Below are positions 1 through 14,327 of a stretch of DNA of 64,000 bases, piece by piece. Source of the stretch: Syncephalis fuscata S228 (taxonomy: Eukaryota > Fungi > Zoopagomycota). Location of the stretch: positions 124,001 to 188,000 of the forward strand of contig JAHLTZ010000037.1 of NCBI GenBank assembly GCA_025786725.1. Direction: 5' to 3'. The position numbers and the translations under genes are program-made. Each line of letters starts with the position of its first letter. Positions within the stretch are counted from its first letter, which is position 1. The notes under the pieces were generated by a model. The model made no database searches. It was not told where the DNA came from and saw nothing but the letters and a program-made list of their open reading frames with translations.

Positions 1-92
1 AAAACAATTAGTTAAGCTATTCAACAAACAATATAATTATTTGTCAAAACTTACCTAGTTCAATATTGTAAAGTGCTTTTATTGCTAAGCGT

Positions 93-3000
93 TCAGTCTG
101 TTTGGCCATTAGACATGGCAAGACCTGTAGTATTGCTATTGGTCGAGTCCGATGGCTGGCCAGTGGCTGAATCTTCTGGACCAGCTGTTGGAAGGGTCGC
201 GTCAGAAGGCGTCGAATGGCGACGCACTTCACAAACTACACACGCATTCTCCCAAGTCTCAGCGTGGCCGACTCGTACACCAGGACCGCCGACATAAAGT
301 CGAATACGGAACTGACGGTATTCTCCGTCCAAAACGCGGAAATGTACGTTATCTTCAATGATAATATGCGCAGGCCAGTCTTGGGCTGGTGCAGTCAATT
401 CACCTGGTGATCGCTGAAAGACTGGCGCCGTCACATTACCAGGAAATCGAGTAAGATGCACATCAGATAAGCCACTTGCTGAGCAAATGACCCAGCGTAG
501 CCATTCGCGTAAAACGGCCAATTTGGGTCGGTCCGTGCGATGAAGTAACTCACTAAGTGACTTATTGGCAAATAGCATCGGATGATGGCCAAGCATGCTT
601 AGTGACTCGTCCGAAACACGTACTACACGCAAGTCCATAAAAGTTAATAGAATTACCATGGTTGACAGCATAGATGCATTACTGTCATTTGGATTGGTCG
701 TATTGGCAGCAGTGCTGCTCGTAGCCGTAACAACAGTAGCATTACTTGCTGCACCAGATGTAGTAGGTACAGGTGGAAAATAGTCTCGTCCACCTGAATG
801 CGATGGTGTCAATGGTACATGAGGTGTGGTAGGTGTAATCGATAGATTTGATGAGTGTGACGATATGTTATGATTACTACCGTTATGCTGCATACCGGCC
901 GGTGCCAATGACGCGTTAGGTGAACTGGCCGAGGTGGCAAGTCCTGTAGTTAGTGAGGAAAGTGGCGGTAGTGAAGGCCGATCCATCGACATATTCTGCG
1001 CAGTAAAAGATGCTGGCAGCGCAGAAGAGGCTGCTGATAATATCGATGGCAGCTTATGGCTTATAGGCATAGGCGGTCCATCCATAAGTGGCGGCAATTC
1101 AATGGGTGAGTATGGCTTTACTGCTATACCACTAAGAGGTGTATTCTGGCCCGAATCTGATGATTGCGGCGATAATGTACGTGGTGGCGCTAATACAGCA
1201 CTGTTTGAACTCATAGGCAATGACTGTGACTCTCTTACTGATGATATATGCTCATGGTGCGTATATACATCATTTGTCATTGATGGCGACATTGAACCAC
1301 TATTATCGATATCTTGTTGTTGTTGTTGTTGTTGTTGTTTAACAACGACCATCGGCACAGGCGATGATTCCATTGAATGATTTGACTCGGGCATTGATTG
1401 AATATATTCTTCTTTTACTGTAGGTTCAATCGATGTATGTGCTGTTGTTGTTGACTCTAGTATAGACGACGAGCGAGAATAGTTTGTAGTAGTAGTGTTA
1501 GTTGTTGTTGTTGCTGCCGACGAACCTCGTCGATGGCCTAATGAATAGGGTTGAAAGCGCGACGTACCTGTGGTCGTAGTTGAAGCGGCAACCGGTCCAC
1601 TACTACCACTACCAAGTATTGTTAACGGTGAAGTTTGCGTACGAGGTGAATGACTCGCTGAGCGTAATTCTTTCTTTATAGTCAAGTTAGCGTCCGATGG
1701 CGCAGTTATTTCTGTTACTTCTGTTGTTGCTTCTGGCGTTGCAGTTGTTGCTACAGACTCGGTCTTTGACTCGGGTTTAACAGAGGCTTCTTCTTCGGCA
1801 CGGCGACGTCCACGGCGGCGGTGATCCACGTCAATACAAGTATCAGCTTTCCCGCCCAGAATACAGCGGCGACAAGGACGATTAACTGTTAAAAATATAC
1901 ACAAGCTTAGTTATATAATAAACAGAATTAACAGCAATGAGTAGCAGGCAGATGCAACCAATGAGACGAAAAAGACAATTGAAAAGAGTAAAGATGAACA
2001 CAAGTGAAAGAAAGAGTGAAATCAAATGAGGCTACCAATTGGTATTATTAACTATAATCAATAGTTAATTACTCACGCACACGCACACACACACACACAG
2101 TTTGTACAAACAAAAGGATTATGAATTCGGAGATTAGAAAGGAAAAGACAAATTAAAAGGCGTCCCAATTCAGAAATACGCTGATGTTAAAAAGTGTAGA
2201 TCATTATAATTAAAGGTAATAATAGCCATTATTTTTAGATAGCACAGTTCGTGTTGGGATGAAAAAGGACACTGACCCTCACATCCATGATCCCTTATGG
2301 ATTGAACATGCCACTAGTACGGCTATTACTATGAATAGCATTATTGAGTCATTTTAGACAAGGCTGGGCACCTCCCATTACGCGTACATTAAGTCGTCGG
2401 GTTCACGTGTAGATGTGTGCGTATAATGTAGCATGTGTTCAATGTAGCAAAGGACTTGCCATAAAAAAAGGAAAAACTTGTATGGCTTATCGCTGCAACA
2501 TGTATGAATAATATGAAAGAATGATCAAAAGAAATATGACAACGTAACCTTTGGTGAACCAATCATTAAAATGCCAGTCTTAGTACGACCGAACGTGAAA
2601 TGGTAAAAAAAACACGGGCCGCTAAAATGACAAGGTGACTGTAGCACTTACCATCACAAGCAACATGTCCTTTACGACAATTAACACAGGCACGGAATAC
2701 ATGGCTTTTCTCGGAGTGCCAACGATGTCCATTCGAAGTCCAGGTGAAATAGGCGGGACGTGTATTGGCGGCCATACGACGACGGTGCATTTCGTCGTTC
2801 CGATGAGCTATGTCGTGATTGGCGGTGGCATTAGTTGTAATGGCGGCAACAGCAGTAGCACTAGCGGGTAGACCGGTTATCCTACTATTGGCATTATGCG
2901 AATAATGAATGACATGTGGGTGGCTATTTGGTAAGTGCGCATGATGAGAATGTGCGTGTAAATGTGACGGCAATGGCGGTGGTGGATATTGCTGCGCATG

Positions 3001-3660
3001 AAAATCTTGTGGCGGTGGTGCTGGTGCTACTTGATAATGATATTGATTTGCATAGTCAGGATAAACGCGCTGTGACGCTGTTGTATAATGATAAACAGGC
3101 AAATGTGTTTGATGTGTTGGCGGTGACATTATTTCACCATTGATGGGTGGTGTCGTTATAGGCCCATGTGTTAATGATGGGCTAGGATGCGTATAGGTGG
3201 CATAATAATGTGAAGGTGCTATAGATTCATGATGATAATTAGCGAGTGATGGATTGCCGTTATCGACAGGTATAGATGATCTATCCGTAGTCGAATAAGC
3301 ATGATTAGAGACGTGGAAACTGGAATGTCCATTAGGCATAGTTGGCGAACTATCATTGTTATGAGGGAAAGCATTAGATGACGCAGTATGTGTATGGTAT
3401 GCCATTGTATCATGTGGCGCAGATGGCCGTGATGCTGACAATGCCACTACTCCCTGTGGTGGAGGTGGTGGACACGATGGTGTATATAAGGTATGATATG
3501 AAGAGTCGTTCATAGTTGTCGATGGCCTATTACTACCAGCATATGCTGGTATAACGTGCTCTGGTATAAACTTTGTTGTTGTTGCTGTTAAGTTATTCGA
3601 ATTTTGATTATGCATTGTGTGCATACCTGGCAACACCGTAGTCGGCGAAGCAATTTGCAT
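93..3660 (-). CDS. Zn(II)2Cys6 transcription factor with C-terminal PAS-like domain (paralog A); exons 3660-2652 and 1885-93
   Basis: Splicing a GTAAGT...ACAG intron (2651-1886) rebuilds ACVNCRKGHVACD-VNRPCRRCILGGKADTC plus a basic HRRRGRRR tract. The C-terminus has a PAS-like segment (LRVVRVSDESLSMLGHHP...SLSELLHRTD). Architecture resembles the RDS2/ERT1/AcuK/AcuM group; orthology not established. Confidence 0.85.
1315..1338 (-). repeat. (CAA)n microsatellite encoding polyQ in paralog A
   Basis: (TGT)n on the plus strand; KQQQQQQQQD in the translation. Confidence 0.9.
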
Positions 3661-6600
3661 ACTTTGGATGTTAATATATGTATATAGTATACTATATAAA
3701 ATATAAAATATATTTATATTCGTAAAATTGCAATAAAGAATCTGATAATTTTTGTCAATCGATTGTATTAATCCTACCTACTATCGATGCTACAGATAAT
3801 TGTTATGCAAATAATCGAGAAATAAGCCGAATATCAATGCAATAAAGGCTTAGAAAACAGCAAAAATAAAACTATTGAATAAATTCAGAAATAAAAGCAT
3901 TGAAAGTGACAACAAAGCAAAGCGGCAGTGGCCGAGTTTTAAGGTGCAAACGAGCGTGGAGCAATAGGATGGGCGATGATAATATACGACTTGCCGGATA
4001 GCAAAAACCGATACAAGCCGTAAACGTAGCAAAGTGTCGGATTAAAATAGGCGGCAAAAGGGGAATGATAAAAGCTATTCACATGTGTTACGAAAAAAAA
4101 GCAAGCGCCGGGCAACTAGGCGGAAAAGGCAGCCACGATTCTGATAACCGGTTCGTAAAAAGGCAGATGAAAGCTTGGAGAAGCAATGGCGAGTGCCCAG
4201 TACTTTTTGTCCAGAATCCGGAGCTAAATTAATCGGGAAACGAGAGGAATGAGACACGGCACAGAAGGATGGCAGTCGTTTGATCCGTGCTATACAGATA
4301 TAGATAAAACACGGTGGATGATGCTTAAGGGGAAATGTATGTGCTGCGGTATGTGGGGTCAATTTCTAAAGACAATTGTATATTGATGGCAGGTCCAATG
4401 CCTGCTGGAAACAGGGGTGTTTATTATACTGGAAAAAACAAAACAAGCGGAGAATTGCAGCATTTGCAGAGTGCATCAAGCCACCAAAACATTTACAATG
4501 CAACGACCAAAAATACAAAAACGTCATACCTTGCAGCTGCAAGTAATAAAAATAACACTGTATACGAAAGCATTGTATCGCGCCCCTCTACAAGGCATGT
4601 GCTGCATGGACGACAAGTTTGATGGTTGGGATAAGTTTCAGAGGTCGTACACGGCTCTCTCTCTTTCTCTCTCTATAGATAGATGGACGGATGGGCAGCC
4701 AAGTAGATGAGAGAGTAGGTGGACAAGTGTAGGCGTACGGTAGTCAAAGGAGAATGAGAACTTTTGATAAGTCATACTACATATTTCGGTCATACCCACG
4801 ACGGCACCCGCGTACAAAATTATAAAAAGAAAAACACAAAAATGACATCCAATAAAATGGCCTGGTGGCGATAGGCGAGAAAGAAATAGTACAGTAAAAC
4901 ATGGTAGAAAAGTAAGGGAGGACTAAAAGTCAAGTGATAAAGATAAAGATAGGTAGCGATAGATGGATAGATAGGTGGGCGGCCAAGTGAGGGAGACAGT
5001 GGTTGGCTGGTTGGTTGGTTAGACATGTGGAGTATGCGAGTAAGTACATGGCCGTGCAGATTATTGATACACAAACCGACCGATGCCGGCCCGTGGCAAC
5101 TAAAACAAAAGGCTAAGGAGAAAAAACCAGTCAAACAAAAGTCATTGATACATACGAACAATCGAGGAAATGAAGACAGTAATGGTAATAGAGGTAACAG
5201 TAGCGGTAACGGTAACAGTAACATTAATAAACAGTACAGTAACAATAATAGTAGTGACACTAACAATAATAACAAAAATAGTAACTGCAATTGTAATTAC
5301 AACAGTAATAGTAGCCATTAATACCGAATATTACGATAGTGGCTAGGAATGGCGATTTCATGTAAAACATAAAAGTAGCTTGTTTGCACGTGTAATTGCA
5401 ATAAAAGCAATCGGTGCTATATTACCATTAGAGGGGATGGTCTACCTTGAAACGTATAGTTGATTGTTGGCGTAAATATGTTTCTACAACGGTGATCAAT
5501 TGGCTCAAGCTGACTCAACATTCACCTTGATACGTTGGCCGTGAAGCTTCACAGCATTTGAGCAGGAGACCATGCTGTTGCAAACTCAAAGGTAGAACGC
5601 ATTTTAGCGAGATTGTACAACATTATACATCTATTTACGTCACTGTCACGAACCGGTTCGCGTTTCCAAGCTGGGTGCAATATCTAAAAGTAGTTCACGG
5701 GGCATTCGTAAAATTCTAGAAGCTACAAAGCAGTACCTTATACACGCTCCGATGCTAGAATGGCAACAGCGCCGACTGATTATGCTATCGGAAGTAAAGG
5801 TTGCCGCGGCCGCCGTCGCCTCCGTTGCGTCAAGTTAGTCGTACGCAATATTGTTTATAAAACCTGGTTAACACGTGCAACAGTGAAGCGAGGGAAACAC
5901 CGATAGCTATAGGCCTCATGGGATTCACGGTAGCTTGAATCGGTGGTGGCATAAGCGCATGTCATCGTTCAACTGCGTGTATGTGTGTGACGAAAACATG
6001 CGGCAACACAGTGTTAAATAGGATTTGAAAATAGGCGTTATTTAGATGCTGATATATACGCGCAATAAGGCTTGTAAAGAAACCCGATCATAGGCAATTA
6101 CCGAAAAGGTTCAGTGCTTTATCAATAGAATGTTGATTGTGTAAGTATCTGCGAATACGCAACGCCTGTTTCATTAACAAGCAACAATACAAATAGCGCC
6201 ACTGCATCCATTTATTTGGGTGATAAAGGCTGTTAGTGGCAATTTAATTGTTATAAATAACTATAGATAACACAAATAAATAGGTTGCTAAAATATAAAG
6301 ATAAAAAGCAACTTTTTATTATTATAATATAAAAAATAAAGATGATTTTATATAGCGTGTAGATTATTTAGCTTTTGTATTAGTGATTTGCCATAATGCC
6401 ATGTTATTTGAATAAATACAGATACAATTGTTTAATAAGAAAAGGCCGATAATACTTGATAGGTGATTATTGGGTGTAAATATTCGAGAGATTTCTAATC
6501 CAATTTTATTATGTTTCCTCAAGGGCCAAGTTCTATGCATGATTTTTTGTTTAAAATTTATTGGCAGGATTTTGTGTATATATTGCTCGGCATGTCTGGC

Positions 6601-8237
6601 TTTCTGTGATAGAATAATTGGCCAATTTAGAAATCTTTTTCCATTCTCGATATAGTGACTAATAATAGTTGCGGAAATATATTGAATATGAACAGCTTTA
6701 CCAGTAATTCTATATTAAGCATAGTAATACTATTTACTTGATTCAATAGTAAGTTGTTGGCAATATTCAGCCATTTGACAACATAAAACGATTTAATCCA
6801 TTCACACACACGTATGTATTCATATATATATATATAATGATCCGCGTAAATAATAATAGCAATTAGAACTAGCAAATCTATTTTAGCTATTTGTGAGATC
6901 ATTACTTAAATGGCCATTACTATTTATCGCTTGTATCTAAGCACAGCATATAATATATTGTAATAATTGTACCCCAATTATGTCCAAATAAATATTGTTT
7001 CCTACCAGTATCACAATAATACTTTCTAGCAACCAAAAAACGGTAAATATCTTTTTTAGCCGATAACAATACTATTTGATATTTAAAATGTCAACTTTCA
7101 AGCAAAGTTAAGCCGTCGTGTTTCAACAATTACCAACTAGGAATAACTAACGCACGCTTTATAAAGTAAATTCTAGGTAGAACCTCGACTGTAATGAGTA
7201 TTTAAAAATCAACACACTTAACGCTAAATGAAAGTAATAGCTGATTGTTTGTAATCTATTAATACAACATGTGACATCGATGAGAATGTTCAATTTTTAG
7301 TGCAATAATGCCATTTGACTATTTATCCACTTGATGGTCGTACTAGTAATTTGAGCGCATTTCGACGACGCAGCCCATCACGCGCATTGTATCTGATTGG
7401 TGTTCCGATGCTGGCCATCCTAGATTGTAGCGTGGCTATTTCCTTTTTCCTTTTCTATAGTAGCACACAGTAATTGTGTTTTCTCTCTGTCTCTCACACG
7501 CTCTCCACCTCTTCTATGGCTAGCAATGCTGCAGCAATACGGCCTTCTCTCACACACACACACATACGCACACTCTTTCCATTTTTCTCTGGCCAGCCTA
7601 CTGTCACCCTATCCCATTAATGCTATCCTCATTAGCACCCTCACCACCTTGTATTCCCGGCATGCATAAAGGCAAGCTGTATTAAAATGCAGCGGAAATA
7701 CTAGCCAAGCACCTATCGAGTAGCTGATGTGCATGTGGAAATGGCGATCAACTTGCGTGCTATTCCGGTTTGAATGGATGGTATTTTGCATTGATCCCAT
7801 GAAAACTGCAGAGTTTACCAATTACTGCTGCTAAAAAAACGTCTGCTTAGAACTCGATGGATTTTGGAACGAACTGACGCAGTTATACTTGTTATCTTTG
7901 GGGAATTATCCACGATGGCAGGAGTACATTATGATGAGTAGATGAGGTCGCCGCGTCTTTTTTGGCTCTGATGTCGCACATTAATCCCGTTTGCTTACCA
8001 ACTCCGCCATTGCACGACTAGTGGCCGCGTGGAGGTGATGGTGCGTCAAATCGGCAAATAATCGTTAGCCATCCATGACTACTGGAGATTATAGACCAAT
8101 ACCGTTACATTGTTTTTTGAGATTCATGTAAAAGTATCAATACATTTTTTTAGTTCTAAATGATTCGAGACACTTATTGGTAGGTGAGTCGTAGCTGCAT
8201 TGTCACGACCGGTTCTACCTCATTCTTTTCCCCCTAT

Positions 8238-8242
8238 ATACA

Positions 8243-8272
<30 letters not shown>
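8238..8272. repeat. (TACA)n microsatellite; related CA/CT/TACA tracts are scattered through 7480-10350
   Basis: Seen directly in the sequence. Confidence 0.85.
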
Positions 8273-8273
<1 letters not shown>

Positions 8274-11200
8274 GTACCTATCTACCTATGTACATACGTA
8301 CACGCATCTATACAGTCATACAAAAATTTATACAATGCTGTCCATGTTTTATTTGGTTTACAATCATACTATTAATTTCCGAAAACGTGCCAACAAGCTA
8401 CTCATCAATTATCACAATAGGCCAGTAGTTTTTATTAATAAAATAATATAGAAATCAGTACAATGGCTATTTTATTTAGTTAGTTATTTGCCAAACTAGA
8501 CAAATATGAGTAGTTAAAGTGCTTGAGTATAACATGCTTGGTATCGATAAAATTTACTTTGTATTTCGTCGTCGTACATAAATCAAAGATACGGCAGCAT
8601 TGCTGTGCCGTCTAGCTGAACGCAGTAATCGTCTTCAACGCTCATTCGTTCGCGGAAGAAGCTTTACACCCCACGATTTTTCAGGTTATTGACATGCATA
8701 TGCTTTCTCGCTCGTTTGCTCACTCTTTCTGTGTGTATGTGAGTGGATGTCTTGCCCACGCGCACGCCATTCCGCTAGTTTTCATTCCTTTGTTACCATG
8801 TCGAAGGCCTCGGCCTGGCCGGCTTTGTTCCGAAAACATACATTCCGACCTATTACTACCCAGAAAATACTTGTATATGCAGTTTAATGGGTAAATACTC
8901 AGTATTTCTGTTACAATATTATTTTGCCGATCTGCAAATATCGAGTCGTCATTAGTCTGCTTTTTCTTTTTATGTATTAACAAGTGCACAGCTAAGTCTA
9001 TTATATGGAGGCACACACGCACGCACATATACATACATATATACATACATACATTTATACACACGGTGTTTCATTACAGCTACACACTTATTCTTAATTA
9101 CATTTTATCTTGTGCGTTATAATTAACTTTGCACATTTTCTGGGTAAGCGTTCCTGTGGTACGGCATAGCTATTTATTCGTTTAAAAATTTAAACATTCC
9201 TTTGGTAACATTTTATTATACAGAGATAAATAGGCGGCCGATACGCAGTCATACAAGCACATACAGGTAAGCACATACATACATCGATGAATAGATGGAC
9301 AGACAGGAAGACAGGCAGGCAGGCAGAAAGGCCGACAGCTTCTACATCCATACACATCACACACACACACACACAGCCACACACATTGACATACATACAC
9401 GCGTGCGTACATCGCCCCCCTTCTCTCTCTCTCTCTCTCTTCTCATCATATCTGTATGCGTGGTGCTGTGTACCCGTCACCATTGCTACGACCAGTCTCA
9501 TCCTTGAACATCTGCAGCTTGTCTCCCCGCACATCCATAGACGCGCGCACGTCCACTTCTAGCTACACAAATATACTCGCCTACTACTATACAAACGCCT
9601 AAAAGACATCTATAACTTATTTCTATACGCGTCTACACTCTTTTACACGCAACCAATCAGCATTATATTGGATTTGTTGTTGTGGCTGCCATTACAGGCA
9701 ATTTATTATAATTATTGTTGTTGGTTGCTGACAGAGTCCAGTGATTGACGGTCACTACAGTTGGTTCTTCTTTTTTGTGGAACCTATACTGTCCATTAGC
9801 TTTTATCCAATACATGCTTGTGTATCGACGCGTCGTTCCGGTAGGCTGCCCCACATAAATTACCTAGTTCTTGCTTATTGCCAATTTAATTGCTGTCTTG
9901 CTCTTCTTTCGCATTTCGCTTTCTTTCTTTTTTTCCTATTTCCTGGTTTTCGATATCATTCTCTGCACTTTGGCAGTAGATCCAAACTATATCGACCATT
10001 TACTTTCCTCTTCTTAACGGCATCTTTCACGTTTCGTTGCCCATCTGTGTCTATGAGCGTTAGCGCTATAGCCTCAATCCACTCAGATAGACAGCTTTTT
10101 CTTGACTGCTTTCTACACTTTTATTTCTTTTCCAAAGCGATTTCTTTTTTACGACTCGCTAGCCACTTGCAGGTGCTGTAAAACATATACGCGTACACAC
10201 ACGCAAGCCTACACTGCTATCACCCATTGATTGATTAATACGATTCGTTTGCTTGCTTGCCCAGTCATCGACACAAACTAATCGACCAATTAACCAATTG
10301 CCCTTGCCATCTTCTCTCATACGCACACACACGCACACACTTGCTCACTCCCTCGCACACATCGCGCCACTACTCGACTCCAATCATCGTCTATTCGCCC
10401 GCTGAGCGCCCATAAACGCATAAGAATATTAGCGCGCGCAGGTGCATATATACGCGACTCATACTGGCCATCCCGCGCGTTAGTCTCCTCCCCCTTTTTC
10501 CTCAACGCTTGCTAGCTTGTTCATTCCGCTCATTCTAGCGTCGTCATTCCTACTCTTCTATATTTCCTTTTCTAAACCGCTACCATATCACTTACCTCCC
10601 TTTCGCCGTCCATTTTTATTCCTTTTCTTGCTGTTCTTTTCTTCTCCTGTTGATCCTCTTCTATTAGTCCTCTACAGTGTTAACAACTTCGCCTCCCTAG
10701 TATTATTAGTACTACCATCACCGGTACTATTTCATCGTCTCATTCCTTTCCTCACCTTTTCTACCAACCAACATTACAGTCTTTTCCTTTTCCGCCAAAA
10801 CTCCGTCCTCAACTGTTGTTTGTTCGACTGCTAATTCCTTCCACGATAACCACTTGTGCAACCTAGCCCGTCTTTATTCCCTTTGCTGAAGGTTGGTAAG
10901 TTTGTTATGGCAATTGCCAGTATACTGAGTAGTCTACTCTATTGGCCCATTGATTCGTTGTATGAAGTGTGTAAGCATTATATCATATGATATAAGCAAT
11001 TCACTAGAACTAAATATCTCTATTGGGTGTGACAGTGTGTCAAGCGCGTCACTATTCATTAGAGCAATAATGGAAAAGATCAGATGGCACGTGTTTAGCA
11101 CGCACACGCACGCACGCACGCCTAGATGTGGAGATGTATTATTTCTGTTGTGTGTCCGTCTCTTTCCATTGTCGTCGTCATACCTTTGCAGTTTCATGTA

Positions 11201-11945
11201 TTGGCCCTAATAGATTGTATGATGTCTGTCCTCTTTCTTCCTTTACTGTTTATTCTTGATTGCATGTCAACACTGGATTGGTGGATGTTTTGTGCACCTA
11301 TCAATGTAAACGATGGCTTGGAGTTATTAGATATTTTCCAATGCGTCTCGGTGTAATGTTTGCATTGAGTCCGAGCCATTATCCAGTCCATGGCGACTGG
11401 CCTTTTTCCACTTGCGTGCGCATCCACTCCATTGAATGCATAGCCAATTGGTCGAGCCATGCACACGGTCACATTGCCAATATTAAGTTTGAGAGAGGCG
11501 AGCACAGGCCGCCCAAAAGTTTCTATGCGTGATAATGATGCTGGCAATACTATTTCTACTGCTTTCCTGCTTCTTGCGCTTTTCTATTGCATCTACTACT
11601 ATTACTACTGCTGTCACTGCTGTTACTGGTGCTGTTATTGATGTTACCTTTGTTATTGCTGCTACTGCTACTGCTTCCGCCGCTATTGATGCTAGTAATT
11701 TTTCTAGCAGCGTTCAGTAGACACATGCCGCAGTGTAATAGTTTTATTGTCCATTGCAGCAATTGGGAGACCACGAGTAGCAGCTATTCTTTAGCTGTCA
11801 TCCAATTGCTATAATAGACAATAAAATTATCTCTATTGTGGTATACTTTTGTTGAATATTGCCAAGTAAACACTAACACGAATGACGGCAATAGTAACAG
11901 TATAAACGACTAATAGTAACTAGCTTTTTATTATCTTTTATTACA

Positions 11946-12118
11946 TACAATTGTTTCAATCTCCGCAATCAGATATGTAAGTATGTGTGCGGACACGTAA
12001 ATAACACACAATTGAATTTAAAAGCAAATCACATTGAATACAGTGTAAATGTCTTTTAAATGCAGGATTTAGTGCAAATCACGCACATGTGTGATCGCGG
12101 AGATTGAAATCAATTGTA
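11946..12118 (+). other. Long imperfect stem-loop
   Basis: TACAATTGTTTCAATCTCCGCAATCAGATATGT pairs with ACATGTGTGATCGCGGAGATTGAAATCAATTGTA; inner stem ATTTAAAAG/CTTTTAAAT. Confidence 0.75.
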
Positions 12119-13260
12119 GATAGTATGAGTGGGCGATTTAAGTGGCAGTATGTAGTAGTATGCATATACTTCATCTACTCTCTCTTCTTCCCTTTCTAGA
12201 TATTTGTAGATATCTATAGATCAATGGATAAATGTAGATGCGTGCATATGTCTGTATGTCCATGTGGCATTTATGCCATTGTCATTGTCATTGTGATTTC
12301 TATTCTCTATCACCTTGACAGATGCGTGGACTGTTCACGCAGTCGCAATGCATAGTGATGCATAAACCATAAAAAAAACCTCGGTTGTGTACAGTTTTAC
12401 ATTGATGATTATTTATAAATGCTTTATTTTTACAATGCTTTAAAATAATTGTTAATGTGCTGTATCTAGCCGTGGTTTTGCTAAGACAAGTATGGCCAGT
12501 TAAAATGGCTTAGACATTGGCTATGTGCCATGCACATCACTATTTTCGTCTTTTTTTACTTCCATTTACGATCATTTGCACTGACCTTTTCTTTCTACGC
12601 CTGCCAATGAGTAAAACGCATGGTAGAATGTCCGCGCGTACATACACGCCTTGATCTACCCCCTTAAATTGCTGTCACTTGCGGAAGGTTGACAATGATG
12701 GGTGCATTTCGCCATTGCATTTTTTTTGGTGTTGGCACGGCATACACACATTAGCCATTATTCCGCTCGCGCATACATGCCTTGTTTTTTCTCCTAGCCT
12801 CTTGTGCGTATTCTATTTGGAATAACAATTACCACTTTGCTTGGCTGAGCTACCATGTTGTCAGACTAACAACCTATTTTATCTATCCGTTGGTACATAT
12901 ATGTACCTTAGTGTGGTAATGCACCCCAAGCTTTAATCAATTTCTATTTCTCTAGTTTATTTTTTTCATATTACTCAATTTCGTTGCGTTTTCTATACCA
13001 AAAAATACAATTTATCTCTTGTCAGATACTGATTTGATTGTTATTTTGATTGCTATTTGTTGTTGTTGGTGCCAACTTGTCATATAAGCACGCACTTTAT
13101 ATATATATGTATGTATTTGTGTATTTATGCGTTGTATCGTTTAATATTCGCGTATTTAAATGAATTTGTATATTGCCTGCTATCGTTTATTCACTGCCAA
13201 TCCATTTAGCGACTATTGTCATTTTTAATTCATTACCATAAACAGCGGTTGATTATTGCG

Positions 13261-13463
13261 TGTTATTCGCGCGCACATCTGTATTTAGTACGTATTGATG
13301 TAACGCTTGGCTACTTTGAATAGAACGGCAAAGCCGCCAAGCGTTATACCAACGTGTTCAAATACAGGTATGTGTGTGAACGATATAACTTCATTGGCTG
13401 TTTATTTACAGCCTTCATTACCGGTTTACTCGGCCAATTGATCGATTGATAATGAAGGCTGTA
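13261..13463 (+). other. Two adjacent stem-loops (13261-13385 and 13407-13463)
   Basis: First: a ~40-bp G-U-rich stem with perfect core TAACGCTTGGC/GCCAAGCGTTA. Second: a perfect 14-bp stem TACAGCCTTCATTA/TAATGAAGGCTGTA. Confidence 0.75.
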
Positions 13464-14327
13464 CTGCCTATGCCATTAACTTACACAGCAGCAACTGGCT
13501 GCCAAATCATTAGGCCAGCATATTCTTGCCTTGAACATTTCCATTTTATTACTTACTACCGTTACTTGCGTTAATTACAAGTGCAACAGTTTATCGCTGT
13601 GTGATTTTTTGTGATCACCTTGAACGGTATCAATCTTACATTTTAATTTAAAAGCTATTGGACTTGCCTTCATATGGTCAATGCTTAGTGACTGTCTTGC
13701 ACCAATTTATCACATTGTAGTATTTTTTGCTTTACTGTAAATGTGTTTACATAAATAACATTATCAGTGACAGATATTATAGTGAGAGTTGTTACTAACT
13801 TTGTATTTACATATTCTAACCAATTACTTTATTTTTTATTCTTATATAATTATAGCTCTCGCTTTTCTGTTTGTTGTACCTGTCAAGTCAACGAATTATC
13901 TATCCGGTCAAGGTAGCTTCCCTCCTTTCTCCCTTCCTCCCTCTTTCCCTCCCTTCCTTTCTAGTTGAAGAAGAAGTAGTAGTTTCATAGTTGTTTACGA
14001 CGCAAAGTGATTTGAATTCATTCCATTCACTATAAATCAATACACTTGTTTCTACTAATCGATCGACGGGCCATCAACGGACGACTACCGACCAATCGAC
14101 TGATCAATTAAACAATTGATTAATTAAGCAATCAATTGGATACACTATCGTTGTCGCTATTTACCGGTCTAATATCGAACGAATTATCTGCTCATAAACT
14201 ACTACACTACTATTACTTTTACTCTTACTACACTTGCTGATACCTTCTCTTCTTCTTCTGCCACTCCACTCCACTCCTACTACTACACTACAATTAGAAC
14301 AGTTACAGTTGAGGCATAAATTGGCCC

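Larger units (their letters stand above)
10896..13855 (+). other. Putative ~3-kb 5'-UTR intron of paralog B
   Basis: A pyrimidine-rich TSS-like tract (10480-10890) is followed by G|GTAAGT at 10896. ACTAAC/TCTAAC branch motifs at ~13794-13820 precede a T-rich tract and TATAG at 13855. No transcript evidence. Confidence 0.4.

Noticed and set aside
7926-7974. Box C/D snoRNA-like ATGATGA...CTGA with a short terminal stem
   Set aside because: Only ~50 nt long with no identifiable guide sequence; likely chance.
3850-11814. Many short ORFs in the TF spacer (e.g. 4820-5290, 9741-10181, 11194-11547)
   Set aside because: They arise from low-complexity or microsatellite sequence and have no recognisable domains.
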